Of a stretch of DNA of 64,000 nt, positions 1 through 12,836 are shown piece after piece. Source of the DNA: an uncultured Gemmatimonadaceae bacterium (GTDB lineage Bacteria; Gemmatimonadota; Gemmatimonadetes; Gemmatimonadales; Gemmatimonadaceae); contig OY970320.1 of NCBI GenBank assembly GCA_963716745.1, positions 1,280,001-1,344,000 on the forward strand. The letters run 5' to 3'. The notes below the pieces were generated by a model. That model was not told the origin of the DNA. It saw only the letters and a program-made list of their open reading frames with translations, and did no database searches. The translations under genes and the position numbers were made by a program. Numbering within the stretch: position 1 is the first letter of the stretch; the number at the start of each line of letters is the position of its first letter.

Positions 1-2
1 AT

Positions 3-962
3 CCGCTCGGTCTCGACTTCACCGTCACCGCGGGCATCATCAGCGCGAAGGGGCGGAGCCGCGAACTCCGCGGGCTGTACGCGAGCCAGTATGCGATCGT
101 GGACTACATCCAGACCGACGCGGCCATCAACCCAGGCAATTCCGGCGGTCCGCTCGTGGATACGCGCGGCAATGTGATCGGCATCAACAGCGCGATCGCG
201 AGCCAGACCGGCTACTACTCGGGCTACGGTTTCGCGATCCCGATCACGCTCGCGAAGACCGTGATGAGCGACATCATCGAGTACGGCCGCGTGCGGCGCG
301 CGATCCTTGGCGTTTCCATCTCCGACCTGCGGCCGGAAGATGCGCAGGCGGCGGGACTCAAGGAGATCCGCGGTGCGCTGGTCGGCGGATCGACACCCGG
401 ACAGGAGAGTCCGGCGGCGAGGGCCGGCATCGAGGCCGGTGACGTGATCGTCGCGATCGATGGCGTGCAAGTGGATCGCGTGGCGCAGATGCAGCGTCAG
501 ATCCGCGACCACAAGCCGGGCGACGTCGTGACGGTGGACGTGATGCGATTCGGCGAGAAGAAGTCGTTCAAGGTGAAGCTCGCCGAAGCGCCGAACGAGG
601 AGACCAAGGTCGCCGAGAACACGAGCGGGAACGACGACAGCGTGCAGCCGGCGACGTACGACAAGCTGGGGATCTCGGTAGAGATCCTGAGCGCGGAGAA
701 GGCGAGCCGCGCCGAGATCCCCGAGAACCAGCGCGGCCTCGCGGTGACCGATGTGGATGCGATGGGTCCGGCGTTCCACCAGCTGCAGCCGGGCAGCGAC
801 CTGATCGTGAAGGTGCTGAGCCCGAATCAGAAGATCATCCACTCGGTGGCCGATCTGAACGAGGCACTCGCCGGCGTGAAGGATGGCCAGGTAGTGACGC
901 TGCTCGTGTACAACGCAGGCGCGAAAGCGACGCGCGTGGTGAATCTGAGGATCGGCGGCTAA
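3..962 (+). CDS. degP: DegP/HtrA serine protease with two PDZ domains (5'-truncated by window edge)
   Basis: The open frame from nt 3 reads [12 protein letters not shown]...[16 protein letters not shown] (catalytic Ser motif), followed by PDZ-like segments ([19 protein letters not shown]). Confidence 0.92.
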   Translation, partial: PLGLDFTVTAGIISAKGRSRELRGLYASQYAIVDYIQTDAAINPGNSGGPLVDTRGNVIGINSAIASQTGYYSGYGFAIPITLAKTVMSDIIEYGRVRRAILGVSISDLRPEDAQAAGLKEIRGALVGGSTPGQESPAARAGIEAGDVIVAIDGVQVDRVAQMQRQIRDHKPGDVVTVDVMRFGEKKSFKVKLAEAPNEETKVAENTSGNDDSVQPATYDKLGISVEILSAEKASRAEIPENQRGLAVTDVDAMGPAFHQLQPGSDLIVKVLSPNQKIIHSVADLNEALAGVKDGQVVTLLVYNAGAKATRVVNLRIGG

Positions 963-1013
963 AGGCGTGGTGGCTGGCCGCGCTCCCGTGCGTCTCTTAG
1001 GTTGGACGCGCGC

Positions 1014-1095
1014 GCGGGAGTGGCGGAATTGGTAGACGCGCTGGACTTAGGATCCAGTGGGGCAACCCGTGGGGGTTCGAGTCCCTCCTCTCGCA
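1014..1095 (+). tRNA. tRNA-Leu(TAG); CCA not encoded
   Basis: Acceptor stem GCGGGAG/CTCTCGC, D-arm TGGCGGAATTGGTAGACGCG, anticodon arm CTGGA-CTTAGGA-TCCAG, long variable arm, T-arm GGGGG-TTCGAGT-CCCTC, discriminator A. Confidence 0.97.
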
Positions 1096-1104
1096 CTGCG
1101 AACG

Positions 1105-1140
1105 AACGCGGCGGCCGGTTCCCGGCCGCCGCGTTTTGTT
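1105..1140 (+). terminator. Intrinsic terminator after tRNA-Leu
   Basis: AACGCGGCGGCCGG-TTC-CCGGCCGCCGCGTT hairpin followed by TTGTT. Confidence 0.8.
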
Positions 1141-1166
1141 CAAGCGATTGGGTGTTGGATGATGCT

Positions 1167-1198
1167 AAACGGGGGCGCCACTGTGCGGCGCCCCCGTT
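1167..1198 (-). terminator. Probable terminator hairpin for the DUF3761 gene
   Basis: AACGGGGGCGCC-N7-GGCGCCCCCGTT hairpin just downstream of the minus-strand stop at 1226; short T tail. Confidence 0.55.
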
Positions 1199-1225
1199 GC
1201 CGTTCTAACGGCTAACGTCTGTCTC

Positions 1226-1864
1226 TTATTGCTTCGTCGTTCCGTCCAGCCACTGGCCGACTCCGCCGTGCTGACTGCACGCGCCGCTGTGTTGCTTGGC
1301 GTGCGAGTAGGTGCCGTCCTTGCACTTCGCGATCGCGCCCTGTGGGTTGTTGTTCGGACTATCGCCATTGCCCGTCATCGCGGGGGCGGCGGCGGGGGCG
1401 GGAGCGGGCGGAGCGGGCGGCGTCGCGCCGTTGTGCTTCACGCCGCCGTGATGCGAGCAGGCGCCCTTGCCGCTCGTGTTCGACATGGTGCCGTCGGTGC
1501 ACATCACGGCGGGGCCAGCCGCCGCGCTCGGCGGAGCCTGAGGAGGAGCCGGCGGTGCGGCCGTCGCGGTCGCCGCGGGTGTTCCCACGCCGCCGTGATG
1601 CGAGCACGCGCCCTTGCCGCTCTTCGACTGCGTTCCATCCTTGCATGACACCATCGTCGCGGGCGCCGGCGGCGGAGCCGGAGGCGTGTGCGCCGCCTTC
1701 GTCTTGGCCTTGTCGACGCCGCCATGCCCCGAGCAGGCACCCGATCCCGTCGCATTCGACGTAGTGCCGTCCACGCACACACTCGCGGGCGTCTGCGCGC
1801 GGATCGATCCGGGCAGCGAGAACATGGCAGCGAGCGCCGCCAGGCCGATCAGTCGTTTCAGCAA
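1226..1864 (-). CDS. Secreted protein with four DUF3761-like CxDGT...GACSxHGGV repeats and Pro/Ala linkers
   Basis: AAGGAGG RBS before TTG at 1864; signal peptide LKRLIGLAALAAMFSLPGSIRA; four Cys/His repeats, the last ending HGGVGQWL. Confidence 0.85.
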   Translation of the reverse strand: MLKRLIGLAALAAMFSLPGSIRAQTPASVCVDGTTSNATGSGACSGHGGVDKAKTKAAHTPPAPPPAPATMVSCKDGTQSKSGKGACSHHGGVGTPAATATAAPPAPPQAPPSAAAGPAVMCTDGTMSNTSGKGACSHHGGVKHNGATPPAPPAPAPAAAPAMTGNGDSPNNNPQGAIAKCKDGTYSHAKQHSGACSQHGGVGQWLDGTTKQ

Positions 1865-1948
1865 GTGAGCCTCCTTGGAAGTGCGCGCCATCGAAATCCT
1901 GCAGACATCATCGTTCCATCGCGCGAGGTTGGGCGCAAGGGGCGCCAA

Positions 1949-2063
1949 AACTACGCGGGATTCGGGACTCGGGACTCGCCGCGGGACTCGACTACGGCGC
2001 GATGATCCAACGAGCAGTTCTCGCATCCCGCGGCGAGTCCCGAGTCCCGAGTCCCGCGTAGTT
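1949..2063. repeat. Long inverted repeat built of CGGGACT heptamers (family A, copy 1)
   Basis: 38-bp arms at 1949-1986 and 2026-2063 with one mismatch. Confidence 0.9.
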
Positions 2064-2150
2064 CAGTGACCCTCTCCCCGGACGCTCGTTCAGAGGGGGT
2101 AGACGGGTCGTCAGGCGAGTCGTAGCGTTGCGGGAACGGGGAGGGCGTGG

Positions 2151-3155
2151 ATGATCTGGTTGTTGATCTCGGCGGGCGTGATCGCGTTCGGCGGCGTGCT
2201 GCTCGGCTACGACCGGTGGAAGCGGCGTGAAGTGACGCAGCGCTACCCGGCCGAAGGCGAGCGCGTGAAAGTGGACGGCGTCAGCGTCCACGTGCTCGTG
2301 CGCGGCGGCGGTCGTCCCGTCGTGTTGCTGCATGGCAACTACGGCGACGCCACCGATTTCTCTGGACGCCTGCGCGAGCGCGTGAGTCGCGACTTCCAGG
2401 CCGTGATCATCGATCGTCCCGGCTATGGACACAGCGAGCGGCCACCCGCCGGCCTCAGCGTGAGCGGCCAAGCCGAACTCGTGCGCGACGCGGTGCAGCG
2501 CGTCGGCATAGAGCAGCCGCTGCTCGTGGCGCATTCGTGGAGCGGATTCCTCGCGCTGGCCTACGCGCTGGAGCACGGCAGCGAATTGGCCGGCCTCGTG
2601 CTGCTCAACCCGCTCTGCTACGCCGACGACAACACGCGCCACACCGATCCTCACGGGCATCTCATGGCGCGCGCGAGCGACCGTCTCACGCCCGTGCTGC
2701 AGCCGCTGGTAGGATACCGCGTGTACCGCGCGACCATGCGCGCGCGCTTCGCGCCGGAGCCGGTGCCCGACACGGAGGCGACGGACCCGCTGCTCGCGTT
2801 CCGCCGGGCGCGCCCCGCGCAGCGCCACGCGCGCGACGAGGATTTCTCCGCGAGCTACGACAGCTCGGGCGAACTCTCCGCCCGCTACGGCGAGATCGCG
2901 CTGCCGCTCGTGATCGTGGTGGGCGACAGCGACCGCGTGGCCGCGCCGGCGCGCCAGGGATACCGGCTGCATAACCAGGTGCACCGCTCGCGCCTCGTAG
3001 TGCTGCCCAACGCCGGCCACATGATCCACATCACGCGCCCCGACGCCGTGATGGACGCGATCCACCAGGCCTGGGACATGTCGCACGTGCGAGAGTCGGA
3101 TACGTCCCGGCCGACACCTCCGAGTGTGAGCGCGGGGTTCATCAAGCGGAGCTAA
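2151..3155 (+). CDS. Alpha/beta hydrolase with N-terminal membrane anchor
   Basis: VVLLHG, DRPGYGHS, nucleophile elbow AHSWSG, GDSD and AGH motifs. Confidence 0.85.
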   Translation: MIWLLISAGVIAFGGVLLGYDRWKRREVTQRYPAEGERVKVDGVSVHVLVRGGGRPVVLLHGNYGDATDFSGRLRERVSRDFQAVIIDRPGYGHSERPPAGLSVSGQAELVRDAVQRVGIEQPLLVAHSWSGFLALAYALEHGSELAGLVLLNPLCYADDNTRHTDPHGHLMARASDRLTPVLQPLVGYRVYRATMRARFAPEPVPDTEATDPLLAFRRARPAQRHARDEDFSASYDSSGELSARYGEIALPLVIVVGDSDRVAAPARQGYRLHNQVHRSRLVVLPNAGHMIHITRPDAVMDAIHQAWDMSHVRESDTSRPTPPSVSAGFIKRS

Positions 3156-3164
3156 GAACGAATC

Positions 3165-3265
3165 GCGGCAAGCGGGAAGCGGGAAGCGCCGCGGGAAGCG
3201 CGAACAGACGAGGGCACCTCGTTAGTTCTCGCTTCCCGCGGCGCTTCCCGCTTCCCGCTTCCCGC
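3165..3265. repeat. Long inverted repeat built of CGGGAAG heptamers (family A, copy 2)
   Basis: 41-bp arms at 3165-3205 and 3225-3265 plus an inner hairpin ACGAGG-GCA-CCTCGT. Confidence 0.9.
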
Positions 3266-3304
3266 CGGCCCCCGCGGGGCTTCCCCACCCATTATCTTGA
3301 GGGC

Positions 3305-4553
3305 ATGTCCATCGAGATCAAAGCCACGAAGAGTGAGGGCCTGGAGCGCCGCCTGGCGGTGACGGTCCCGCTCACGGATGTGAAGAGCGCGGAAGACAAG
3401 GCGGCCACCCGGTACGCGACGCAGGTACGCATGCCCGGCTTCCGCCCGGGTAAGGCGCCGGCGGCGGTGGTACGGAAGAAGTTCGCCGAGGCGATCCGGC
3501 AGGAAGCGATCGAAGCGCTGGTGCAGGAAGCGTTCAAAACGGTGCTCGAGCGCGACAAGCTCGACCTCGCGACGCAGCCGCACGTACACGACCTGCACTT
3601 CCACGAGGGGCAGCCGCTCACGTTCGAACTGCACCTCGAAGTGAAACCCACGGTCGCGCTCGCGCGCACGTCCGGCTTCCGCGTGCCGCGCAACGAGAAG
3701 CCGCTCACGGACGAGATGGTGAAGGAACAGATCGAGACGCTGCGCGACCAGCGCGCCGCCTGGACGCCGGCGACGGGCCGCGCGCAGCCGGGCGACATGG
3801 TCACGGTGCATGCTGGCCACCACCGACGACACCGGCGCGCTGCCCGAGGGCAAGGAGTACCGCATCGTGGTCGGCTCCGGCCAGGCGATCCCGGCGATCG
3901 AAGAGCTGATCATGAGCACCGACGCGGGCGCGACGCAGGAAGGCCCCGTGAAATGGCCGGAGGACTTCCCCGACGAAGCACAGCGCGGCAAGACGAAGAC
4001 CGTGCGCGTGCAGGTCGTGGACGTGAAGCGCAAGGAACTCCCCGCGCTCGACGACGCGTTCGCGCGCGAGGTGGGCGACTTCGATTCGCTCGACGCGCTC
4101 CGCACCGCCGTGCGCGCCGATCTCGCCACGCACACGACGCGCGAGGCCGACGCGGAGGTGCGCCAGAAGCTGATCGACGAGATCGTGTCGGCGAATCCGT
4201 TCGAGGTGCCGGTGAGCTGGGTGAACGATCTCGTGCGCGCGTACGCCGAGATGTACCAGATCCCCGAGGAGGAGAAGCAGAAGTTCGCCGGGGAGTTCCG
4301 CCCGGTGGCGGAGCGTCAGGTGCGGCGCGATCTGGTGATCGAGACGATCGCGACGCGCGAGAAGCTGGCGGCGTCGGAATCCGACATCGATGCGCGCGTG
4401 GCCGACGTGGCCGCCAAGCGCGGCGCCGAGCCCGGTGCGATCTACGCGTCGCTCCAGAAGGCGGGCCGCATCAAGGAGATCGAGCGCAGCATCACCGAGG
4501 ACAAGGTCTTCGCGTGGCTGCTCGAACACAACGAGATCCAGAGGAGCGCTTAA
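3305..4553 (+). CDS. tig: Trigger factor (one frameshift near 3810, probably sequencing error)
   Basis: N-terminal [10 protein letters not shown] signature in ORF 3305; FKBP and C domains ([14 protein letters not shown]) in ORF 3810..4553; sits upstream of clpP. Confidence 0.92.
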
Positions 4554-4584
4554 GGTGTCCACGACCCCAACCGGGAACCTGCCA

Positions 4585-5215
4585 GTGTCGACGATCTATC
4601 CTCCCTACGTCATCGAGCGGTCGAGCCGCGGCGAGCGGACGTACGACATCTTCTCGCGCCTGCTGATGGACCGCATCGTCTTCCTCGGCACGCCGATCAA
4701 CGACGACGTGGCGAACATCATCATCGCGCAGCTGCTGTTCCTCGAGGCGGACAACCCCGAGCGCGACATCAATCTCTACATCAACTCGCCGGGCGGCAGC
4801 GTGAGCGCGGGCATGGCGATCTACGACACCATGCAGTTCCTGAACGCGCCGATCAGCACGATCTGCATGGGCATGGCGGCGTGCATGGGCGCGTTCCTGC
4901 TGGCCAGCGGCACGGCGGGCAAGCGCAGCGCGCTGCCGCACGCGCGCATCATGATCCACCAGCCGTAGCGGCGGCACGCAGGGCACGGCGGCCGACATCG
5001 AGATCCAGGCGCGCGAGATCCTGTACCTGCGCGCGAAGATGAACGAGCTGTTCGCCAAGCACACGGGCAAGACGGTGGAGCAGATCGAGCGGGACATGGA
5101 CCGCGACCGGTTCATGTCCGCCGACGAAGCGAAGGACTACGGCATCATCGACAGCGTGATCGCGCAGCACCGCGCGATCCAGAAGGATGAGAAGGAGAAA
5201 GTCGTCACTTTGTGA
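4585..5215 (+). CDS. clpP: ATP-dependent Clp protease proteolytic subunit (extra T at ~4966 gives a premature TAG; nucleophile reads Cys)
   Basis: [32 protein letters not shown] and RIMIHQP; continues [19 protein letters not shown]...[10 protein letters not shown] in the +1 frame to TGA 5215. Confidence 0.92.
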
Positions 5216-5257
5216 AATGATTCACTAAGACGGAGGAGATTGTGGCGCTCCTCCGGG

Positions 5258-5286
5258 TTGACCGTCTTCTGAGGGGATGTTAGATA
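5258..5286 (+). promoter_or_regulatory. Possible sigma70 promoter for clpX
   Basis: TTGACC-17 nt-TAGATA with TGn extension; preceded by hairpin CGGAGGAG/CTCCTCCG (5231-5255). Confidence 0.35.
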
Positions 5287-5314
5287 CCTCGCGCCTCCTG
5301 CTTCCCGGATACAC

Positions 5315-6565
<1,251 letters not shown>

Positions 6566-6566
6566 T

Positions 6567-6835
6567 GCTACAAACGGCGTGCGTCGCACCCCGAACGCCG
6601 TACGTGGTACCCCGAAAATCCGTGAGTACCGAGTCGTGCGTCGTGGACCACCCACGGCGTGCGTCGCGACCCGCACGCCGTTAGTCGTGAGTCACTCACG
6701 GAGTTCGGGTCGCGACTAACGGAGTCAGGGGTTCCAATGCCGCCGTACAGTCAGTTCGACGCACGACTCGGCACTCACGGTTTCGGGGTACGAAGCACGG
6801 CGTTCGGGGTGCGACTCACGCCGTTCGGAAGTAGC
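6567..6835. repeat. Nested inverted-repeat element of ~21-bp ACGG(A/C)GTTCGGGGT units (family B, copy 1)
   Basis: Imperfect ~60-70-bp arms (6573-6643 and 6757-6825) with a second internal inverted pair; lies between clpX and lon. Confidence 0.85.
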
Positions 6836-6878
6836 GACTAGGAGGGCGATTGTGGGGAACGGGGCCTATATTGCACTC

Positions 6879-9302
<2,424 letters not shown>

Positions 9303-9306
<4 letters not shown>

Positions 9307-9955
9307 CCGAAAAAGACCCGCTCGTCATTCGCGAGATCGAGTTCCTGGGCGGCCTCGCGCAGGCGGGCGGCTGGCAGCCGAGCAGCGACCTGCCGGAGAT
9401 CGCGTTCGCGGGGCGGTCGAACGTGGGGAAGTCTTCCCTGCTCAACAAGCTCGTGAAGCGGAAGTCGCTCGCGCGCGTGAGCCAGACGCCGGGCAAGACG
9501 CGCGAGATCAATTTCTTTCGCGTGAACAACGAGTTCGTGCTCGTGGATCTTCCGGGCTACGGATATGCGCGCGTGTCGAAGGAAGCGCGGAGTCCACGTG
9601 GCGTCCGCTGATCGAGGGATATCTGAAGCGCAGCGAGCCGCTGCGCGGCGTGGTGCAGCTGGTGGACGCGCGGCATGAGCCGACGCCGGAGGACCGCCAG
9701 ATGCTCGATTTCCTCGCGGAGATCGGCGTGCCGACCATCGTGGCGCTCACGAAAACCGATAAGCTGAAGAAGGCCGAAGTCGTGCCGCGCGCGGCGGAAC
9801 TGGCGCGCGCGCTGGGGCTGGACGATGAGCAGGTGATCCCGTTCAGCGCGGTCACCGGCGCGGGGCGCGACGATCTGGCGGAGGCGGTCGTGGAGTTGGT
9901 GCGGGCGCCGAGTTGGCGGGCGGCGGCGCCGGCGGAGCCGGGCGACGCGCTGTAA
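9303..9955 (+). CDS. engB: GTP-binding protein EngB/YihA (frameshift near 9590)
   Basis: [24 protein letters not shown], then TKTDK in the second frame; directly after lon. Confidence 0.92.
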
Positions 9956-10011
9956 GGAATCGGGCGCGAGCGGCATCTGGATGGCGACGCTGAGAGGACG
10001 CGCGCCGACGA

Positions 10012-10552
10012 ATGCCTGATCATCGACAAATGAATTCAGGCGAGGGCGTGGGCGCGCTGATCGATCGTGCGCGCCGCGGCGAGATGGACGCGCTCGCGGA
10101 GTTGTTCCGTGCGCATGCGCCGGTGGTGCATCGCGTGGCGTTCTTTCTCACCGCGAGCGCGGATGACGCGGAGGACGTCGTGCAGGAATGTGTTCATTGG
10201 ATTGCCGGAGGCATTGCGGAGCCTGTCGGATCCCGCCGCGTTCGCGGGTTGGCTCAGGCGGATCGCGGCGCGAACGGCATTGATGCGGATGCGGAGCGAG
10301 AAGCGGCGCCGGCAATCGACGGTGAACGACGCGGATGCGGTGGCGGCGCCGGTGCGCAGCGAGGCGGATCGGATGTCGATCGAAACGGCGATCGCGCGGC
10401 TGCCGGCGGAACTGCGCGAGGTGTTCGTGCTGAAGGAAATGGAAGGCTATTCGCACGCCGAGATCGCGGGGATGCTGGGGATCTCGGCGGGCAATTCGGA
10501 AGTGAGACTGTTCCGCGCGCGGCAGCGGCTGCGCGCGATCCTGGGAGGCTGA
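10012..10552 (+). CDS. ECF RNA polymerase sigma factor (frameshift near 10190)
   Basis: DAEDVVQ region 2 motif, FAGWLRRIA, and region 4 LPAELREVFVLKEMEGYSHAEIAGMLG. Confidence 0.88.
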
Positions 10553-10553
10553 C

Positions 10554-12242
10554 GTGATCTTCCATCCGAGCGAGAGCACGCTGTCGCGGTACAGCGACGG
10601 CGAGTTGACGGGAATGAAGGCGCGGCGGGTAGCGGCGCATCTGGAGTCGTGTGCACGCTGCCGGGCGACAGTGGCGGAGGTGCGTGCGCTCGGCGAATCC
10701 GCGCGCGCAGCGACGGCGCCGGCCGTGCGCGGGGGCACGTGGACGCGCGTCGAGGAGCGGCGCGCGGGAGGGGAGCGCGTGATCCTGCCCGTGGAGCCGG
10801 GTGCCGCACCGGCGCGCAACCGCCTTTGGTTCGTCGCCGCGGCGGCAGCGGTCGCGATCGCGGCGATCGGGCTCATTGCGCAACCGCTGGTGCGGCATGC
10901 GGCGGCGGCTGATCGGGCAGCGCTCAGCTTCTCTCCTTCCTTCCCCAAGCCTGGCGCTGCGGTGTCGATACACTATCGGCCGGACCAGCGGCTCGCCGAC
11001 GAGCACACGCTGCGCGTCCGTGCGGCATTCTTCTCATCGTATCTGTCTCGCGATGCCTCCGATTACTTCGCGCCTCGAGGCGTGGTGGTCGCGTCGCTCA
11101 CTCGGAACGCCGACGGGAGCTTCGGTGGCACGCTCGAGTTCCCAGACTCCGCGGTATACGGGCTACTGATCGTCGAGAACGAAGATGGGTCGGTGATCGA
11201 CAGTGACCATCGCGGACTGTTCGATCTCGTGGCGGCCGCGCCAAGCGGCCGGCCGTCATTCGCGGGATTGCTCGCGCGCGCGATGCGCGGAACGGTCGCC
11301 TGTTGCATCCCCGGAACCAGCGGCCGCGCGCTCGTAGCAGCCGACAGTCTCGTCGCGATCTATCCGGATAGCGCGCAGAGCTGGGCGACGCGAGTGATCG
11401 TCGAAGGGTCATCCCGCATTCCACACTGGCTGAGTGTGTTCAGCGCGCGCGAGCGCCGGTTCGCGGCGCTCGAGAAGGCGCTCGCGACGCGGGCGTCGAT
11501 CTCGCCCGGAGAGATGAACGCGATGGCGATCTACGCCGGCGTGATCGAGGATTCCGCGGGCGCGGAGCGGTGGCGCGCGCGGCTCCTCGAGCAATACCCA
11601 TCCGATCCGCGGTCGCTCGTGGTGATCGGGTGGGATGCGCGCATCCCGAGCCCGGACTCGGCGCGAGCGCTGCTGCCGCGATTCGAGGAAGCGTGGACGA
11701 CCCGATCCGACGCGCGGGAGTTGATCGCGGATCGCGGTCTCGGGATGGCGATCGCGACGAAGGACAGCGTTGCGGTCGAGCGTTGGGCGGCGCGCTATGA
11801 GACGCTGCCGGCGCAGGGCATGGTGCTCTTTCAGACACCGTTCGTCACCGATCCCCTTACCCGTGCCATGGCTCATCGCCAACTCGACGCGCTCGTGCGC
11901 GGACTGCTCGCCCAGCCGCGCGTGAGCCGCGACCTCTATTACACGCGGCAGCAAGACTCACTGCGCCGGCATTTCGTCGCGGCGCATGCGCTCGTGATGT
12001 TGAGCGATGGCATGCTCAAGGATTCGCAGCCGCGGCTCGCGCTGGACACCATGAACGTCGCCATACGCCTGGTCTCGGGCGCAGCGCTGCCGGTCTGCGG
12101 TACCAACGCTGTGTATCGCGAGCGCGCCAAGGTGTTCTTCGCGCTCGGCGATTCGGCGTCAGGTCATAAGGATCTCGCGTTCGCAGCGCGAACGGATTCG
12201 GCGCCGGGGAAAACGTGCGTCAGGTGGGCGGCGGCGCCGTGA
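10554..12242 (+). CDS. zf-HC2 (ZAS) anti-sigma factor with TM helix and large extracytoplasmic domain
   Basis: H...YSDGEL...HLESCARC motif, hydrophobic segment WFVAAAAAVAIAAIGLIA; starts 1 nt after the sigma stop. Confidence 0.8.
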   Translation: MIFHPSESTLSRYSDGELTGMKARRVAAHLESCARCRATVAEVRALGESARAATAPAVRGGTWTRVEERRAGGERVILPVEPGAAPARNRLWFVAAAAAVAIAAIGLIAQPLVRHAAAADRAALSFSPSFPKPGAAVSIHYRPDQRLADEHTLRVRAAFFSSYLSRDASDYFAPRGVVVASLTRNADGSFGGTLEFPDSAVYGLLIVENEDGSVIDSDHRGLFDLVAAAPSGRPSFAGLLARAMRGTVACCIPGTSGRALVAADSLVAIYPDSAQSWATRVIVEGSSRIPHWLSVFSARERRFAALEKALATRASISPGEMNAMAIYAGVIEDSAGAERWRARLLEQYPSDPRSLVVIGWDARIPSPDSARALLPRFEEAWTTRSDARELIADRGLGMAIATKDSVAVERWAARYETLPAQGMVLFQTPFVTDPLTRAMAHRQLDALVRGLLAQPRVSRDLYYTRQQDSLRRHFVAAHALVMLSDGMLKDSQPRLALDTMNVAIRLVSGAALPVCGTNAVYRERAKVFFALGDSASGHKDLAFAARTDSAPGKTCVRWAAAP

Positions 12243-12836
12243 CGAATCGCAGCGAGCGCACGACCGCGAGCGCGGTGCGCTGAGACTGCTGGCTGTTCGC
12301 GTGGACGGTCACGCGGATCACGCTATCGGCGTGGACATCGATCTGCGAGATACACCTCGTAGTATCGCATCCTCGCTGTACGTCGAGTAGCGGCTGGTCT
12401 CGATGGATGACGAGTGGCCCGACAGCGATTGAGAGAAGCAACCGGAGACACGTCCCGAATCGCCTGGAACGAGCACTCTGCCGCGGATCTGCGGCCAGCG
12501 CGGATCGGAACGCCGCGCGCTCACGATCATCACTGAGAGCGACCCATCAGGAGTGGTCCAGTGCATCGGGTCGCGCTCGCGGGGATAGACGATGGTGATG
12601 AGTCGCATCGCCTTCGGTACATGCAGGCGAGCGAGCGGCGTGGCCGGGATCTCGATCCAGCCCGTCGTATCGACATTGGCGGGAGCATCGCAGCGCAGCG
12701 ATTCCACGACCGGAATCGGCTTAGGCCGGTTCGTGACGGACACGAGCCAGATGATGCCGTAGATCGTCGGGATCGTCATGAGCGCCGCGACGAATGAGAC
12801 CATCACGTACTGCGACGGCGTCGGGTTCTTGATCAT
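12220..12836 (-). CDS. Hypothetical membrane-anchored protein (probable frameshift near 12355)
   Basis: ATG overlaps the upstream stop; N-terminal TM helix; a plausible C-terminus continues in ORF 12220..12441. Confidence 0.5.

Noticed and set aside
1014..2063. tRNA-Leu as an integration site for an island
   Set aside because: No integrase and no duplicated tRNA 3' end were noticed; downstream genes have host-like composition.
4960..4975. In-frame TAG in clpP as readthrough or pyrrolysine recoding
   Set aside because: The homologous sequence resumes in the +1 frame (CCG-T-AGC-GGC-GGC), so this is a one-base insertion, not readthrough.
6567..6835. CRISPR array (periodic ~21-bp repeats, also at 29054-29209)
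   Set aside because: The units are abutting, degenerate and in inverted orientation, with no unique spacers and no cas genes in the window.
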